From NCBI RefSeq assembly GCF_963921235.1, contig NC_086128.1:15562001-15626000 (forward strand): 64,000 nt of DNA, written 5' to 3'. The notes under the pieces were generated by a model, which saw nothing but the letters and a program-made list of their open reading frames with translations, was not told where the DNA came from and searched no databases. A program made the position numbers and the translations under genes. This stretch comes from Mobula hypostoma. Taxonomy: Eukaryota. Of this stretch, positions 1-11,893 are shown in pieces. How positions within the stretch are numbered: position 1 is the stretch's first letter; each line of letters begins with the position of its first letter.

Positions 1-597
1 TGTTTTTTTTTTCATTCATTTACAGAAAGTGAACATCCTACAGGAAATAAATATATTTTCAGAACAGCATTTATTCTTTTGAATTATTTAGATGCCTAAC
101 TACCACCAATATCTGAAAGTTTTAAGGGCCCTTGAAAACATCAGTAGCCAAAACGCCATCAGGGTGGTTCTCTGGCAGGGCCTTTGTTTCCACTGTCTAC
201 ATCCTGTGGCCTGCTCCATCTTACGTAACAGCTACAAAAGGGAGACTGCCAGGACTAGTGAGCTGCGTGGTACGTAGACACTGCGCAAGAGATGAATGTG
301 AAGTGCAGACCAGCTCCAGCATCCACTGACTCGGTCAAACATATGGGATGGGAAGAGGATGAGAAAGTGGAGCTGAGGCCAAGATCAGGCAGCCATGATA
401 CTGTAGAATTGTGACCCTGTAGTGACAGAGACTGGGAGGAGACATGTGGACATGACAGAGGGTTGCAGATGGTGGGATCTGATAGGAGATGAAGGTGAAA
501 CATGGAACCGAATAAGGGAGGTGGGGAGGGCAGTATGGTGGAAGTTCCAGGTGTCAGGGAGCATGAAATGTGTGAAGTTTTGAGGAAGTAGAGAGGC

Positions 598-1460
598 TAC
601 AGAAGGACAGACAGATTAGGAGAATAGACAAAGAAATGGCAGATGGAACACAGTTTGGGGAAGTGTATGGTCATGCACTTTGGCAGGAAAAAATGAAAGG
701 GTTGACTATTTTCTAAATGGGGAGAAAATAGAAAAAACTGAGATGCAAAGGGACTTGGGAGTCCTTGTGCAGGATTCCCTGAGGGGTAACTGGCAGGCTG
801 AGTCTGTGGTGAGGAAGGCAAATGCAATGTTGGCATTCATTTCAAGAGGACGAGATTATAAAAGCAAGGTTGTAATATTGAGACCTTATAAAGCACTGGT
901 GATGCCTCACTTGGAATATTGCGAGCAGTTTTGGGCCCCTTATCTTAGAAAGGAAGTGCGGAAACTTGAGAGGATGCAAAGATCGCTCACACAAAAGATT
1001 TCAGGATTAAACGCTTGTCATATGAAGAATGTTTGATGGCCTGGGCCTGTATTCACTGGAATTCAGAAGAACGAGGAGTCACCTCATTGAAACCTATCAA
1101 ATGGCGAAAGACCTTGATAGAGTGGACGTGGAGAGTATGTTTCCTATGATGGGAGAGTCTAAGACCAGAGGACACAGCCTCAGAATAGAGGGGTGTCCTT
1201 TTAGAATGGAGGTGAGGAGGAATTTCTTTAACTAGAGTGGTGTATCTGTGGAATTCTTTCCCACAGACAGCTGTAGAGGCCAAGAGTTTACGTATATTTA
1301 AGGCAGAGGTTGATAGATTCTTGATTGGTCAGAGCATGAAGGGATTTGGGGGCAGATGGGCAGGAGACTGGGGCTGAGAGGAAAATTGGATCAGCCATGA
1401 TGACATGGCGGAGCAGACTCGATGGGCCAAATTCCCTAATTCTGCTGCTATATCTTATGG
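598..1460 (+). mobile_element. 5'-truncated CR1 LINE (RT C-terminus and 3' UTR)
   Basis: RDLGVLV...KANAMLAFISRG...[21 protein letters not shown]. It interrupts a degenerate Penelope remnant (about 420-597 and 1465-1590). Confidence 0.88.
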
Positions 1461-1950
1461 TTTTAAACTACCCATAGGGAATATGAGGTGCTGTTCCTCT
1501 AGCATGATCCTAGCAATTCAGGAGTCCAGGGCAGTCAGGTCGGTATGGGAATTCGGAGGGCAAGTAAAATGACCGGGAACCGGGAGCTGCTTCCAAAATG
1601 TCCCAGCATGCCTTGCAATGCTGGAGATACTCTGAATCTACCACCTACCTGTACAATGTATCTCAACCACCGTGGGTCAGGTGGGTTGGGCAGTCAAACT
1701 GACACTTAATGGTCGTTTCTCCGCTCTTGATCGGCGTTGCTTGAGCAACTGGAGGGAGCTCTTCTTGTTTCCCGGACTCGCTCATTCTTGCTGACGCCAG
1801 TTTGGCCCGAGGCACCGAGAGCGGTTACCGTGCACAAGCGGACAGGTTGGAACCCATGGGAGAGGGTGTGCCGAGCTCCTCCTCTATCTCGATGTCACCA
1901 TGCCCATTTCTGTCAGCTGACACCCCGACCAAGCCCAGATCCGCACTGCT

Positions 1951-1957
1951 CATAAAA
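1951..1957 (+). promoter_or_regulatory. TATA-like box (CATAAAA) of gene A
   Basis: About 100 nt upstream of the ATG (Kozak-like CACCATGA) in a CpG-rich region, with CACCC-type boxes upstream. Confidence 0.6.
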
Positions 1958-2052
1958 GCAGCTCAAAGCCGCTCTCACCTGCGCCAGCAGTTCAGATCGG
2001 GACTGATCGCTCCAGCAAACTCGTAACCAGAGAACAAAACTCTAATTTCACC

Positions 2053-5000
2053 ATGAGCGTCCCTTACACCCAAAGGTCCTTTAGACAGACCACGCAGCTT
2101 TCAGGCGGCCCATCGATGCGGTCTAGTGTTGCCGGCTCCGTGGGGTCGTCGCGAAGAATTAGTAGCAGAAAGGCGATGAGTGTGTCTGGAGCTGGAATTG
2201 GAACAGGTATCGGAGGGTCAAGACGTATGCTTTCTGGCTCATCGATCAAGCTTAGTTCAGGCTACAATTCAGGTTACGGTTCAGGTTTAAGGTCAAATTT
2301 CAGTTCTAGTTCGATGATGCCGGCCCTTGATCTAAGCGCCCCACTACCACAAAATGACACCAGTCTGCAACAAGTTCGTATGCAGGAAACGAGGGAGCTG
2401 ACTACGCTCAACAACCAGTTCGCAAGTTTCATAAACCAGGTACCGTACCGTATCCAGCTCTGTCTGTAACCCGCTGCTGCGCCTGTCTTGGCAGCATTGT
2501 GCAAATGTCTCTTTTCACTTCCTCGCCAGCTCAATGCAAAAATCTAAGCGTGTGTTCATTCCTCACCCGCAGGTTCGCCTTCTCGAACAGCAAAATGCTC
2601 AGCTGAAGGTCAAACTGGAGCTTCTGAAGAGGCAGGGGACCTACACCTCCAACATCGATAACATGTTCCAAACTTACATTGACAACCTCAAGAGGCAACT
2701 GGAAACTCTTGGGCAGGAGAAGCTGAAGTTCGAATCGGACCTTGTGCAGATGCAAGGTCTAGTTGAGGACTTTAAGGGCAAGTAAGTGTACTGTCTCCCA
2801 CCAGGATTTCCCAACTCGTCCCGTATCTGTTCACTGGTTCAGAGAAAAAAAAAGAGCGGAATCGGGCAAATCGTGGGCGGGGTAAACGTTCGAACAATTC
2901 CCGGTTACAATCAGCTATTTTCCATTGGGTTTCTTTGTAACCTAACAGCAGCTAGTGGAGGTCTGGAAGCTGGGTCGGGCAAGTGCCCGTCGGGGAGAGC
3001 TCCGTTAAGACTGAGGTCTGGATAGAGAGGTGTCACTCAGAGCTCAGGGAGTCACCGAAATAGCCGTCAGTTCAGGGACGGCAGCGTATGTTGTTTCATT
3101 CCGTCGAGGCGCGGCACGGTCGACCTGTCTGGCGTAGCGGGATGCTGTGTCTTGCGGAATCAAATGTCAGGAAGAGCGGTGCACACACGGGGATAAATAG
3201 AAGTGTGAGGAAATCATGGCTAAGCAGCAGGGAGCAGGGAGTTCCGACAACCAGCATGGCCCTGTCGAAGAAATGGGACAGAAATGTTGATTTCCAAGGG
3301 ATTGCCAGTAACGTCAGTGGTTCATTTCAGATACGAAGATGAAATTAACAAGAGAACTGAAATGGAAAACGAGTTTGTCATGGTGAAGAAGGTGAGCACT
3401 ATTTTCTAGCTCTCTGCAGGACCATATCAGTGGTCTTCAATAGATTTACAAACCTTGTGCCCTACTCTCTCCAGGATGTTGATGAATCCTACATGAACAA
3501 GGTGGAATTGGAAGCAAAACTAGAAAGCCTGACTGATGAAATTGAATTCCTGAAGACAATCTTCCAAGAGGTAAATATGCTACATGGTGCAAGAGCCTTC
3601 TGGTCCTTTTGCTGTTCAATTCCATCTCCTTACACTAGTTTTGCTCTGCCCATCTTTAGGAAATCCGTGAGCTGGAGTCACAGATTCAGAACACTGCTGT
3701 CAGCGTGCAGGTGGACACTAGCCGCAACCTGAACATAGACCAGATCATCAGTGAAGTCAAGGCCCAATACCAAAGTATGGCAGATAAATGCCGTGATGAT
3801 GCCGAGAACTGGAAAAAGGCGAAGGTGAGCTCCAGCTCCAGCCCCACGTAGAAGTGCATTGATAGCTCTGACCTCTGTGCTGGGAGGAGAAACCCTTACT
3901 GACGTCTACCAGTGTCTCCTTGCAGATGGTGGAACTCAGCACAATGCCTGGAGGTCATGCGGAAGAAGTGCGAGTGATCAAATCGGAGTGTAATGATCTG
4001 CAGAATCGCATCCGTAAGCTGACTGGGGACATCGAGTATCTGAAGCAGCAGGTAAGTCAGGAAGTGAAAGCAAACAAGAGATCTTGGTTGCGGCCTAACG
4101 ACGGTAGCAAAATGTCTTTCCTCTCAAGTCCCGAGTTCTAATGCAGCGACACGACCCAAATGGTCAATAATTCTTTTTGCCTTCACGGATGCTACTTCAC
4201 CCGCTGATCTTCTGCAGTAGTTCTGCTATTTTCTTACTCCAGACTGCAGCATCTGCCGTCTCTTGCATCTGCACTTTTCTCTTCCCAGCCCAAAGCAAAT
4301 GACCAAGAGACAGCTGAAACACAGGTCAATCTGAGCTAAATCATACACTGGGGAACTTTCAGTAGTAACAACCTGGCTGGTTCCTTCCACTGTAACCCTG
4401 GTGAACTCGATTACTCCTAAGCCAATCTGCAATACTCTACTCTCAGTATGGCTCTTTCCGATAGCAGGGTGGGGATGTTGGCAAGGCTTCATGTTATAAT
4501 CTGCAAAAATGTCCACACTAACCTCTGTGTGACTCAGCGTTTGAAACTGGAGGCTGCGATCGCTGAAGCAGAGGAACGTGGCGAGATGTCTCTCAAAGAC
4601 AGTAAACAAAATATCGTTGATCTGCAAGAAGCCATCAGGAAAGCAAAACAGGAGATTGCCAAGCAAACTCGTGAAATCGACGAGCTGATAAATGTCAAGC
4701 TGGCTCTGGATATCGAAATTAACACCTACAGTAAACTACTGGCGCAAGAGGAAATCAGGTAGGGCTTTGGTCTTTTCCAAGTTGCAGATATCACACTGGG
4801 TTGATGCCACAGTCCTGCGTACTTGCAGATTACAATCTGTACAGGCTCTTTATTGCACTCTTCATTCCTAGAGTCTTTGTCTTTAATGGGGCATTTGGTC
4901 CAGGGAGCGGCACTTACTTTTGTTTAAAGGCTGGTTTTCATCTGACCCCAGAAATACATCAGACTCACTCTCCGAATGAACATCTAGTCAGTGATTCAGT

Positions 5001-8000
5001 CACCACTAGGTGAACTCTCCCCTGATGCTGCAGTGGATGAAGCATTGTACAACATAAGCAGGCTGACGAATAGCTCCCTGCGCACACTGACGAGGCTACT
5101 GCTGTTCACCAGCAGCACTGGAACTTACAGAATCAGTGTCTCGGGCAAGGCTCGACAGAGTCAATGTGCCCATCAACTTCACCCATGCAGCTCATTGCTG
5201 CTTTCAGAAGGAAACCCTTGGTAACTTGAAAAAGATATATTTCTGAACATCCTAGAAATGGCTGTTGTTACACAAGTGTTTCCTTTATCAACAGGATGGT
5301 AGAAGGCGTCAAAACCCTCAGCGTCCAACAAGTTTCACAGCAAGGTAAGAGAACGTATAATCCTTGCTTGAGATTTTAACTACTGACCAAAACACAAAAC
5401 GCAAAATGAAAAATGGAATATTCTGGAAATATTCTTCGTTCTTCTCCAAGTCTTGATACCTCATTGTTCTGTTTACAAATCATTCTGTTGTACATTTTCA
5501 GAGCAGTGGTACTCATTTCTGTGATTGTATTTCTTATGAATGTTTTCCAAATGATTTTCCTGAATTGATATCATCAATGGTTCACTGTCCTTTGTTGCTC
5601 TCTTCTCCCTTTCACATGCTCTAAAATTACTCTTCCCAAAAAAGGCTCACATTTAACATTTCCTTCTTATAAATCAACACCCTCTTTGACATCTTTCTGT
5701 TGCCTTCAGTCCTCAAATGTCCCGTTGCGTCCTAAATTGGGGTTGAATGACACCCTGACACCCCATACGATTGTGACCATGGTCAGCAATGCCTCTTTGT
5801 CCTTTCTTTACCTGTCTGCAACAAAAGATGCCATTGCTTGTTTAATCATCGTCCAATGATAGGAAACAGCTTCTTACCCCAGGCCATAAGACGAATGAAT
5901 TCCCTGCCACCTCTCAGGTCTCATCACACATGAAGCACCAGTAGCGTTATACTGTTTACTTTTTAACTTGTGTTGTCAATGCACCCTTATTATTTGTTAA
6001 TTTATTTGTGGCTATATTACTTTATGTGTTCTGTGCCAGTTGTATATACCATGTTGTGCACTTTGGTAGGAGTACTGTTTCGTTTGGCGGTATACATGTG
6101 TACGATTGAATGACAATAACCTTGAACTTGAACAATGCTTCACCTTTGAATAGTCCTTCCCTGTTCTCATTTGGTAGGCAGATTATTTCCTATAATCCAA
6201 AGTCTGCAAAGGCCTATTTCTCACCTATGATCATGATCTCAGTGATAGCATCCAAAACCGAGCATCGCATTCCTCTGATACTGTGAAAAAATGCAGATGC
6301 TACAAATATGAAATTTAAAAATTACACTGGAAATACGCAGCAGGCCAGGTAGCATCCAAGGGAAGAGCAATAGAGTCAATGTTTCATGTCAAAAGTCGCT
6401 CATCAGAACTGAGAAAGAAAGAAAGTAAGAGTTTTAAGTTGCCAGGAAGGTGGGGGACAGGTCAATAGGACCAAGGGAGTATCTCAGATAGGGGGAAGCC
6501 AAGATTGCTATTTAGATAAGTTGTTGGCGTCACCCAGTCGACGGGTTAATCGGGGCAGTTAGAGAGTGAGAATACAAAGAGAGGAGCTTGACAAGGTGTG
6601 AAATGTCAGGCTGTCTGACGTGTCCAGTCGGCCAGGCCTACTTTTAAAGTGAGGTAAATCAGTGTGCAAATAGAGGAATTAAGTTCCCTTATGTCGCCGT
6701 ACTCAGTTTCAAGTGGAGAAGGCAGCAACATGGCCCAGACAGAAAATGAGTTGCAAAGCGCATGTTGGTCCTCCTTATATCAGCATATTATAAATTGAAT
6801 ATTAGAAATTGAAGCCACAGACAGAGGTCAGAGTGGGAGATGGATGGAGAGTTAAATAGGCAACAAAAGGGAGCTTTGGTCACTCCTGGTGCTCTGCAAT
6901 GTTGTCACTCCGTCTGCAGCTGGTGGAGGAAACCACACTGTGAACACTGAGTGCAAGACACTAGATTGAAAGAAGTGCAAGTGAATTGTTGCTCCAACTT
7001 GAGGGACTGTTTGCATCCCCAGACACTGGGAAGGAAAGAGGTGAACGGACAGGTGTAGCATCTCCTGTAATTTCACAAAACACGCAGTGACATTGGGATA
7101 GAAGACAGTTGCCCAGGGAATCACAAAGGGAACAGTCTCGTTTACATGATGAAAGGCAGGGAAGGTATGGACGTATCCAGTTGTGGAATATTGTGGAAGC
7201 TGGTGCAAATTGTAAAGGATGAGCTGTTAAACACTGAGCTGGTGAGGTGGAAGATAATGACTAGAGGATCTCTGTCCTTGCTCTGTCTGACAGGTGAGGG
7301 ATGGAGAGCAGAGATGCAGGAAATAGATGAACTACGGCCAAAAACTCCATTGACTGTGGTAGAGGAGAAAGTACAGGTCATGGTAGAAGTCATTTTAGAA
7401 ACACATGAAAGTCTTTAACAATTCCTGCAATAAGTTTATTTTCAATCAAAGCTACCGTAGTCTTAGTGGCCACTCTTATTAGGTACCTGCTCATGGTCTT
7501 CTGTTGCTGTAGCACATCCACTTCAAGGTTTAACCATTATGTGCCTTTCAGATGCTCTTCTGCACACCACTGTTGTGACACGTAGTAATTTGAGTTACTG
7601 TCGTCTTCCTGTCAGCTTCAACCAGTCTGGCCTTTCTCCTCTGACTTCTCTCATCAACAAGGCTTTTTCACTCACAGAACTTCCACTCACTGATTGTCCT
7701 TGTTTTGTGTACCATTCTCTGTAAACTCTAGAGACTGTTGTGCACGAAAATCCCAGGAGACCAGCAGTTCTTGAGATACTCAAATTATCCCGTCTGACAC
7801 CAACAATCATTTGGGTCAACGTCACTTCGGTTACATTTCTTCCCCCATCTGATGTTTGATCTGAACAACTGAACCTCTTGAACATGTCTGCATGCCTTTG
7901 TGCACTGAGTTGCTGCCACATAATTGACTGATTAGATATTTGCATGAGCCAGCAGGTGTACAAGGTGTGCCTAATAAAGAGGCCACTGAATGTATGTTGT

Positions 8001-9263
8001 CCATTTTATAAATTATTCTACCCCCCATCATCTTTTGTGCTCACTGACTTATAGAAACATAGAAAATAGGTGCAGGAGTAGGCCATTCGGCCCTTCGAGC
8101 CTGCACCACCATTTATTATGATCATGGCTGATCATCCAACTCAGAACCCCGCCACAGCCTTCCCTCCATACCCCCTGACCCCCGTAGCCACAAGGGCCAT
8201 ATCTAACTCCCTCTTAAATATAGCCAATGAACTGGCCTCAACTGTTTCCTGTGGCAGAGAATTCCACAGATTCACCACTCTCTGTGTGAAGAAGTTTTTC
8301 CTAATCTCGGTCCTAAAAGGCTTCCCATCTATCCTCAAACTGTGACCCCTCGTTTTGGACTTCCCCAACATCGGGAACGATCTTCCTGCATCTAGCCTGT
8401 CCAATCCCTTTAGGATCTTATACGTTTCAATCAGATCCCCCCGTCAATCTTCTAAATTCCAACGAGTACAAGCCCAGTTCATCCAGTCTTTCTTCATATG
8501 AAAGTCCTGCCATCCCAGGAATCGATCTGGTGAACCTTCGTTGTACTCCCTCTATGGCAAGGATGTTTTCCTCAGATTAGGGGACCAAAACTGCACGCAA
8601 TACTCCAGGTGTGGTCTCACCAAGGCCTTGTACAACTGCAGTCGTACCTCCCTGCTCCTGTACTCGAATCCTGTCGCTATAAATGCCAGATAAATGCTAT
8701 AAATATTGGCTCCTAAACTGATATACCTCAGTTTTAGGATCTGAGTCTTCAAATCTTTCCATAGCATTGATCTTCCCTATCTCTGTAAACGACTCTGCAC
8801 ACCCTGAGCCATGACTGATGGGATGCCACTCATGGATAAGTAGTTCCTACATTTCAGTGATTTCTTTCTCAAAATTTCATTTCCACCTTTTTTCTCTTTC
8901 CTGTAAAATTTATCATTTCAAAATGCTTTGATATATCTGTATACATAAAATCTTAGAGTCAAGCATTTGCTTACTAAAAGTTACCTGAAGCACTTGGGGC
9001 TGTCTTTCTCTGTTAAGATTGCGACCTGCTTGATGTCATTGCAATTGTTTTCTCAATTTCAGGATCCATATTCTAAAGTGTCTTTTTCCTTTCCTCTCCC
9101 TTTTACAGGAAGTTTTGGGGATTTCAGCAGCGCAAGTAGTGGTATGTCTGGCTACCTCAAAGGGGGCAGTGAGATGGAAACTGGTGGAAAAAGAGCAGTA
9201 ATTCTGAGCTCAGTGCAGCAGACCTCTACAAGCAGAAGTGGATCTTCAATCAATCAGTTATAA
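2053..9263 (+). CDS. Type II keratin (K8-like), gene A; 9 exons, 489 aa
   Basis: Exons 2053-2439, 2573-2781, 3331-3391, 3475-3570, 3660-3824, 3926-4051, 4538-4758, 5295-5344, 9109-9263. All introns are GT-AG and the joined frame is open (1470 nt). Exons 2-7 are 209/61/96/165/126/221 nt as in type II keratins. Motifs [67 protein letters not shown]. Confidence 0.92.
5865..6133 (+). mobile_element. Rex1/Babar-type LINE 3' tail
   Basis: Encodes the ORF end [12 protein letters not shown], then a 3' UTR ending in (cttgaa)n. Confidence 0.5.
6280..7400 (-). mobile_element. Degenerate Penelope-like element in gene A intron 8
   Basis: [29 protein letters not shown] aligns with ISRTSALTPSSRHPTRNRVPLVLTYHPTS of the younger copies. 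Decayed hammerhead at about 6373-6410. Confidence 0.7.
7460..7992 (-). mobile_element. Non-autonomous Tc1 derivative
   Basis: TA-flanked TIRs (agtggccactcttattaggtac / cctaataaagaggccactga). Transposase HTH remnant [33 protein letters not shown]. Confidence 0.85.
8052..8692 (-). mobile_element. Young 5'-truncated CR1 LINE
   Basis: [27 protein letters not shown], (ttctatgt) tail. Very similar to 52035-52698. Confidence 0.9.
9109..9263 (+). CDS. Gene A terminal exon 9 (tail [15 protein letters not shown]...[24 protein letters not shown])
   Basis: Long polypyrimidine tract plus CAG acceptor at 9106-9108. Phase fits exon 8. Gly/Ser-rich tail, AATAAA at 9605. Confidence 0.85.
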
Positions 9264-9604
9264 ACTACTGTCAGTTATGTCTCTGGTGACTCTCTTGCCA
9301 GTTTTTATACTTCATTCACATAGCCTGTTCAGTGAAGTGGTTAACTTGTTTAGATTAACTTTCTGCCTGATCTTGGAATTCTACTCAATTTTACATCGTT
9401 AAGCAACATGAAATTAACTGATACACAGCAAACGTCAAGTTAGTCTGTAACTTGGGTTTGTGGGAAAAGTGGAAAGTTCATCCTTTACTTCTTGGGCCTT
9501 TGAATATAGGAAATTAATCAAAGTTTTAGATGTGGTGCTCTGATTTGTGATTTTGACTCACTTTATGTTGGGGATTTATCTTTTGTGGCATTTCTGTAAT
9601 ACTG

Positions 9605-9610
9605 AATAAA
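9605..9610 (+). terminator. Poly(A) signal of gene A
   Basis: AATAAA about 340 nt after the stop codon, followed by T-rich sequence. Confidence 0.6.
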
Positions 9611-9865
9611 CTGAAATTTTTGAATCTGCCAATCTGGACTCTTTCTTTCCTTAAGCACATTATTCAAGTACTGAAAAGAGAAACCATCATACCTTTGTCA
9701 GAAATTCAAGAACTTTGAAATAATTTGTAAGTTAGAGGAAGGTTACTGAAAAAAACATAAAATATGTCTAAAACTATCACACAAGTCCAAGCATAGCAGC
9801 CAGCTAGCTCCTCCTTCACCAAAGAAGTTACTTTTACATTGTCTTAGAGAACATATTTATCGACT

Positions 9866-10132
9866 TATTGAGATACAGCGCGGAACAGGCCCTTTGAGCC
9901 CTTCAAGCCATATTGCCCAATTTTTAACACTAGCCTAATCATGGGACAATTTACAATGACCAATTAACCTACCGACCTGTACGTCTTTGGACTGTGGGAG
10001 GAAACTGGAGCACCCGGAGGAAACCCACGCGGTCACAGTGAGAACATACAAACTCCTTACAGGCAGTGGCGGGAACTGAACCTCAGTTGTCTACACTGTA
10101 AAGCATTGTGCTAACAACTGCACTACAGTGCC
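9866..10132 (-). mobile_element. tRNA-derived V-SINE (HE1-like)
   Basis: Minus strand has a tRNA-like head, the V-domain gcgtgggtttcctccgggtgctccagtttcctcccacagtccaaagacgt, and a CR1-like tail. Confidence 0.8.
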
Positions 10133-10444
10133 ATTGGAATCTGATAAAAAAATTTTAATCGCATGAATATTCTCCTTTCTCTCAAGAGTTCTGAGCATCG
10201 TAAAGGCTGCCCAGTTGAAAGGTATAGTGAGAGACACAAAGGATCAGAACAATCCCATGGGAAACAGTCCAAGTTGAATGAGGAAAGTAACCTTCATCTA
10301 TGGGCAGTGAGCGTCCTGGATGAAACAGTCTCTCACCTGTTTCAAGTTAGTATAGGCCTGCAATTTCCAATCTCCAGTTTACAAGAAGAACTACAAAGCA
10401 TATCCATAGAAAGTGATAGTACAAGAGATTAGGGTAATAAAATA

Positions 10445-11870
10445 GGTGTAGGTTATGCTTGCCTTCATTGGTCAGGGTATTGAGTTAAAGTTGGCAAATC
10501 AGTTGTAGCTACACAAAACTTTGGCTAGGCCACATTTGGAGTATTTTGTCCCATTCTGGTTTCTGCACTGCAGGAAGAATGGAAGGACTTTGGACCGAGA
10601 ATGTATAAGAGATTCGCCAGGATGCTGTATGGATTGGAGAGTATTCGATGTGTTGGTGGCTGAGGGGGCGACATGATAAAGAGTATATAAAATTATGAGA
10701 GGTAAAGATCGGGTAACTAATCAGAGTTTTTTACCAGGTGGAAATGTCAAATATTGGAGGACATACGTAGATTTAAGGTGAAAGTAGGAAAGTTTAAAGA
10801 AAATGTACAAGTCAGGTTCTTTATACAGAGAGTGGTGGATGCCTAGAATGTGCTGAAACACTGGTTGTTGGAAGTAGACAGGATATGAACATTTTAGAAC
10901 CACTTATGCAGCCACGTGAACAGGCAGGGAATGTAGACAATTTGCAGGAAGATAGGATGAATTGAAAATTGGAAATCACTAACAAAACAAATTACAACGG
11001 GAGATAAACAAGGCATCTCAAAGGGCAAAGTGACAATAGTCAGATTTCAATATGCAGATAGATTGGGAAAATCAAGTTGATGCTGGATTCCAAGAGAGGA
11101 TTTGTAGATTGCGGACAAGATGGCCCTTTTAAAGAATGTGGTGCTTGAGCCCACTAGGGAAAAAGGCTATTCTGGAATGGGTTTTGTGTAATGAACCAGA
11201 TTTGATGAGGAAGCTTAAAGTAAAGGAACCCTTATGAGACAGTGATCATAATATGATAGAATTCACCCTGCAATTTGAGAGGGAGAAGCTAAAGTCAGAT
11301 GTATCAGTATTCCAGTGGAGTAAAGGGAATTACAGAGGCATGAGAGGGGTGCTGGCCAAAGCTGATCGGAAGGAAACATTAGCAGGGATGACGGCAGAGC
11401 AACAATGGTTAGAGCCTCTGGGAGCAATTTGGAAGATACAGGACAGATACATCCCAAAGAAGAAATATTCTAAAGGCAAGTGGCTGACAAGAGAAGTCAA
11501 GGCCGACATAAGAGCAAAACACAGGGCATATAATAGAAGGAAAATTAGTGGGAAACTTGAGGAGTGGGAAGCTTTCAGAAATCAACAGAAGGCAACTAAA
11601 ATAGCCATAAGGAGCTAAAAAATGAGCTACAAAGGTAAGCTAGCCAACAATATCAAAAACGATATCAAAAGTAGCCTCCCATAGTGCGTGAGTCTCAGAG
11701 CAGAGGGTATACACTCAGGATAGAGGGACGTCCATTTAGAATGAAGATTAGGAGAGATTTCTATAGCCAGGGGGTGGTGAATCTGTGGAATTTGTTGCCA
11801 TAATTGGCTGTGGAGGCCAGGTCATCAGGTGTATTTAAGGTGGGGGTTCATAGATTCTTGATAACTCAGA
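10445..11870 (+). mobile_element. Cluster of degenerate CR1 fragments
   Basis: SDHNMIEFTLQFERE...WLTREVKA (EN-RT linker) plus two 3' RT remnants. Confidence 0.75.
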
Positions 11871-11893
11871 GCATCCAGATAGTATGTTTTATA

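Larger units (their letters stand above)
1..5407 (+). repeat. Near-identical duplicated block, copy 1 (open at the left window edge)
   Basis: Matches 17343-22761. ORF translations repeat at offset 17342, then 17354 after the indel. Confidence 0.97.

Noticed and set aside
4530-4536. AP-1 site TGACTCA overlapping the exon 7 acceptor
   Set aside because: A single 7-mer is expected by chance, and it is partly dictated by the CAG acceptor.
2053-9263. Assigning the symbol krt8, or thread keratin alpha, to any of the three genes
   Set aside because: Exon sizes and tail motif are K8-like, but the rods are too divergent to assign orthology without a phylogeny.
10040-10132. tRNA gene on the minus strand
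   Set aside because: It is the degenerate tRNA-like head of a V-SINE, with no clean cloverleaf.
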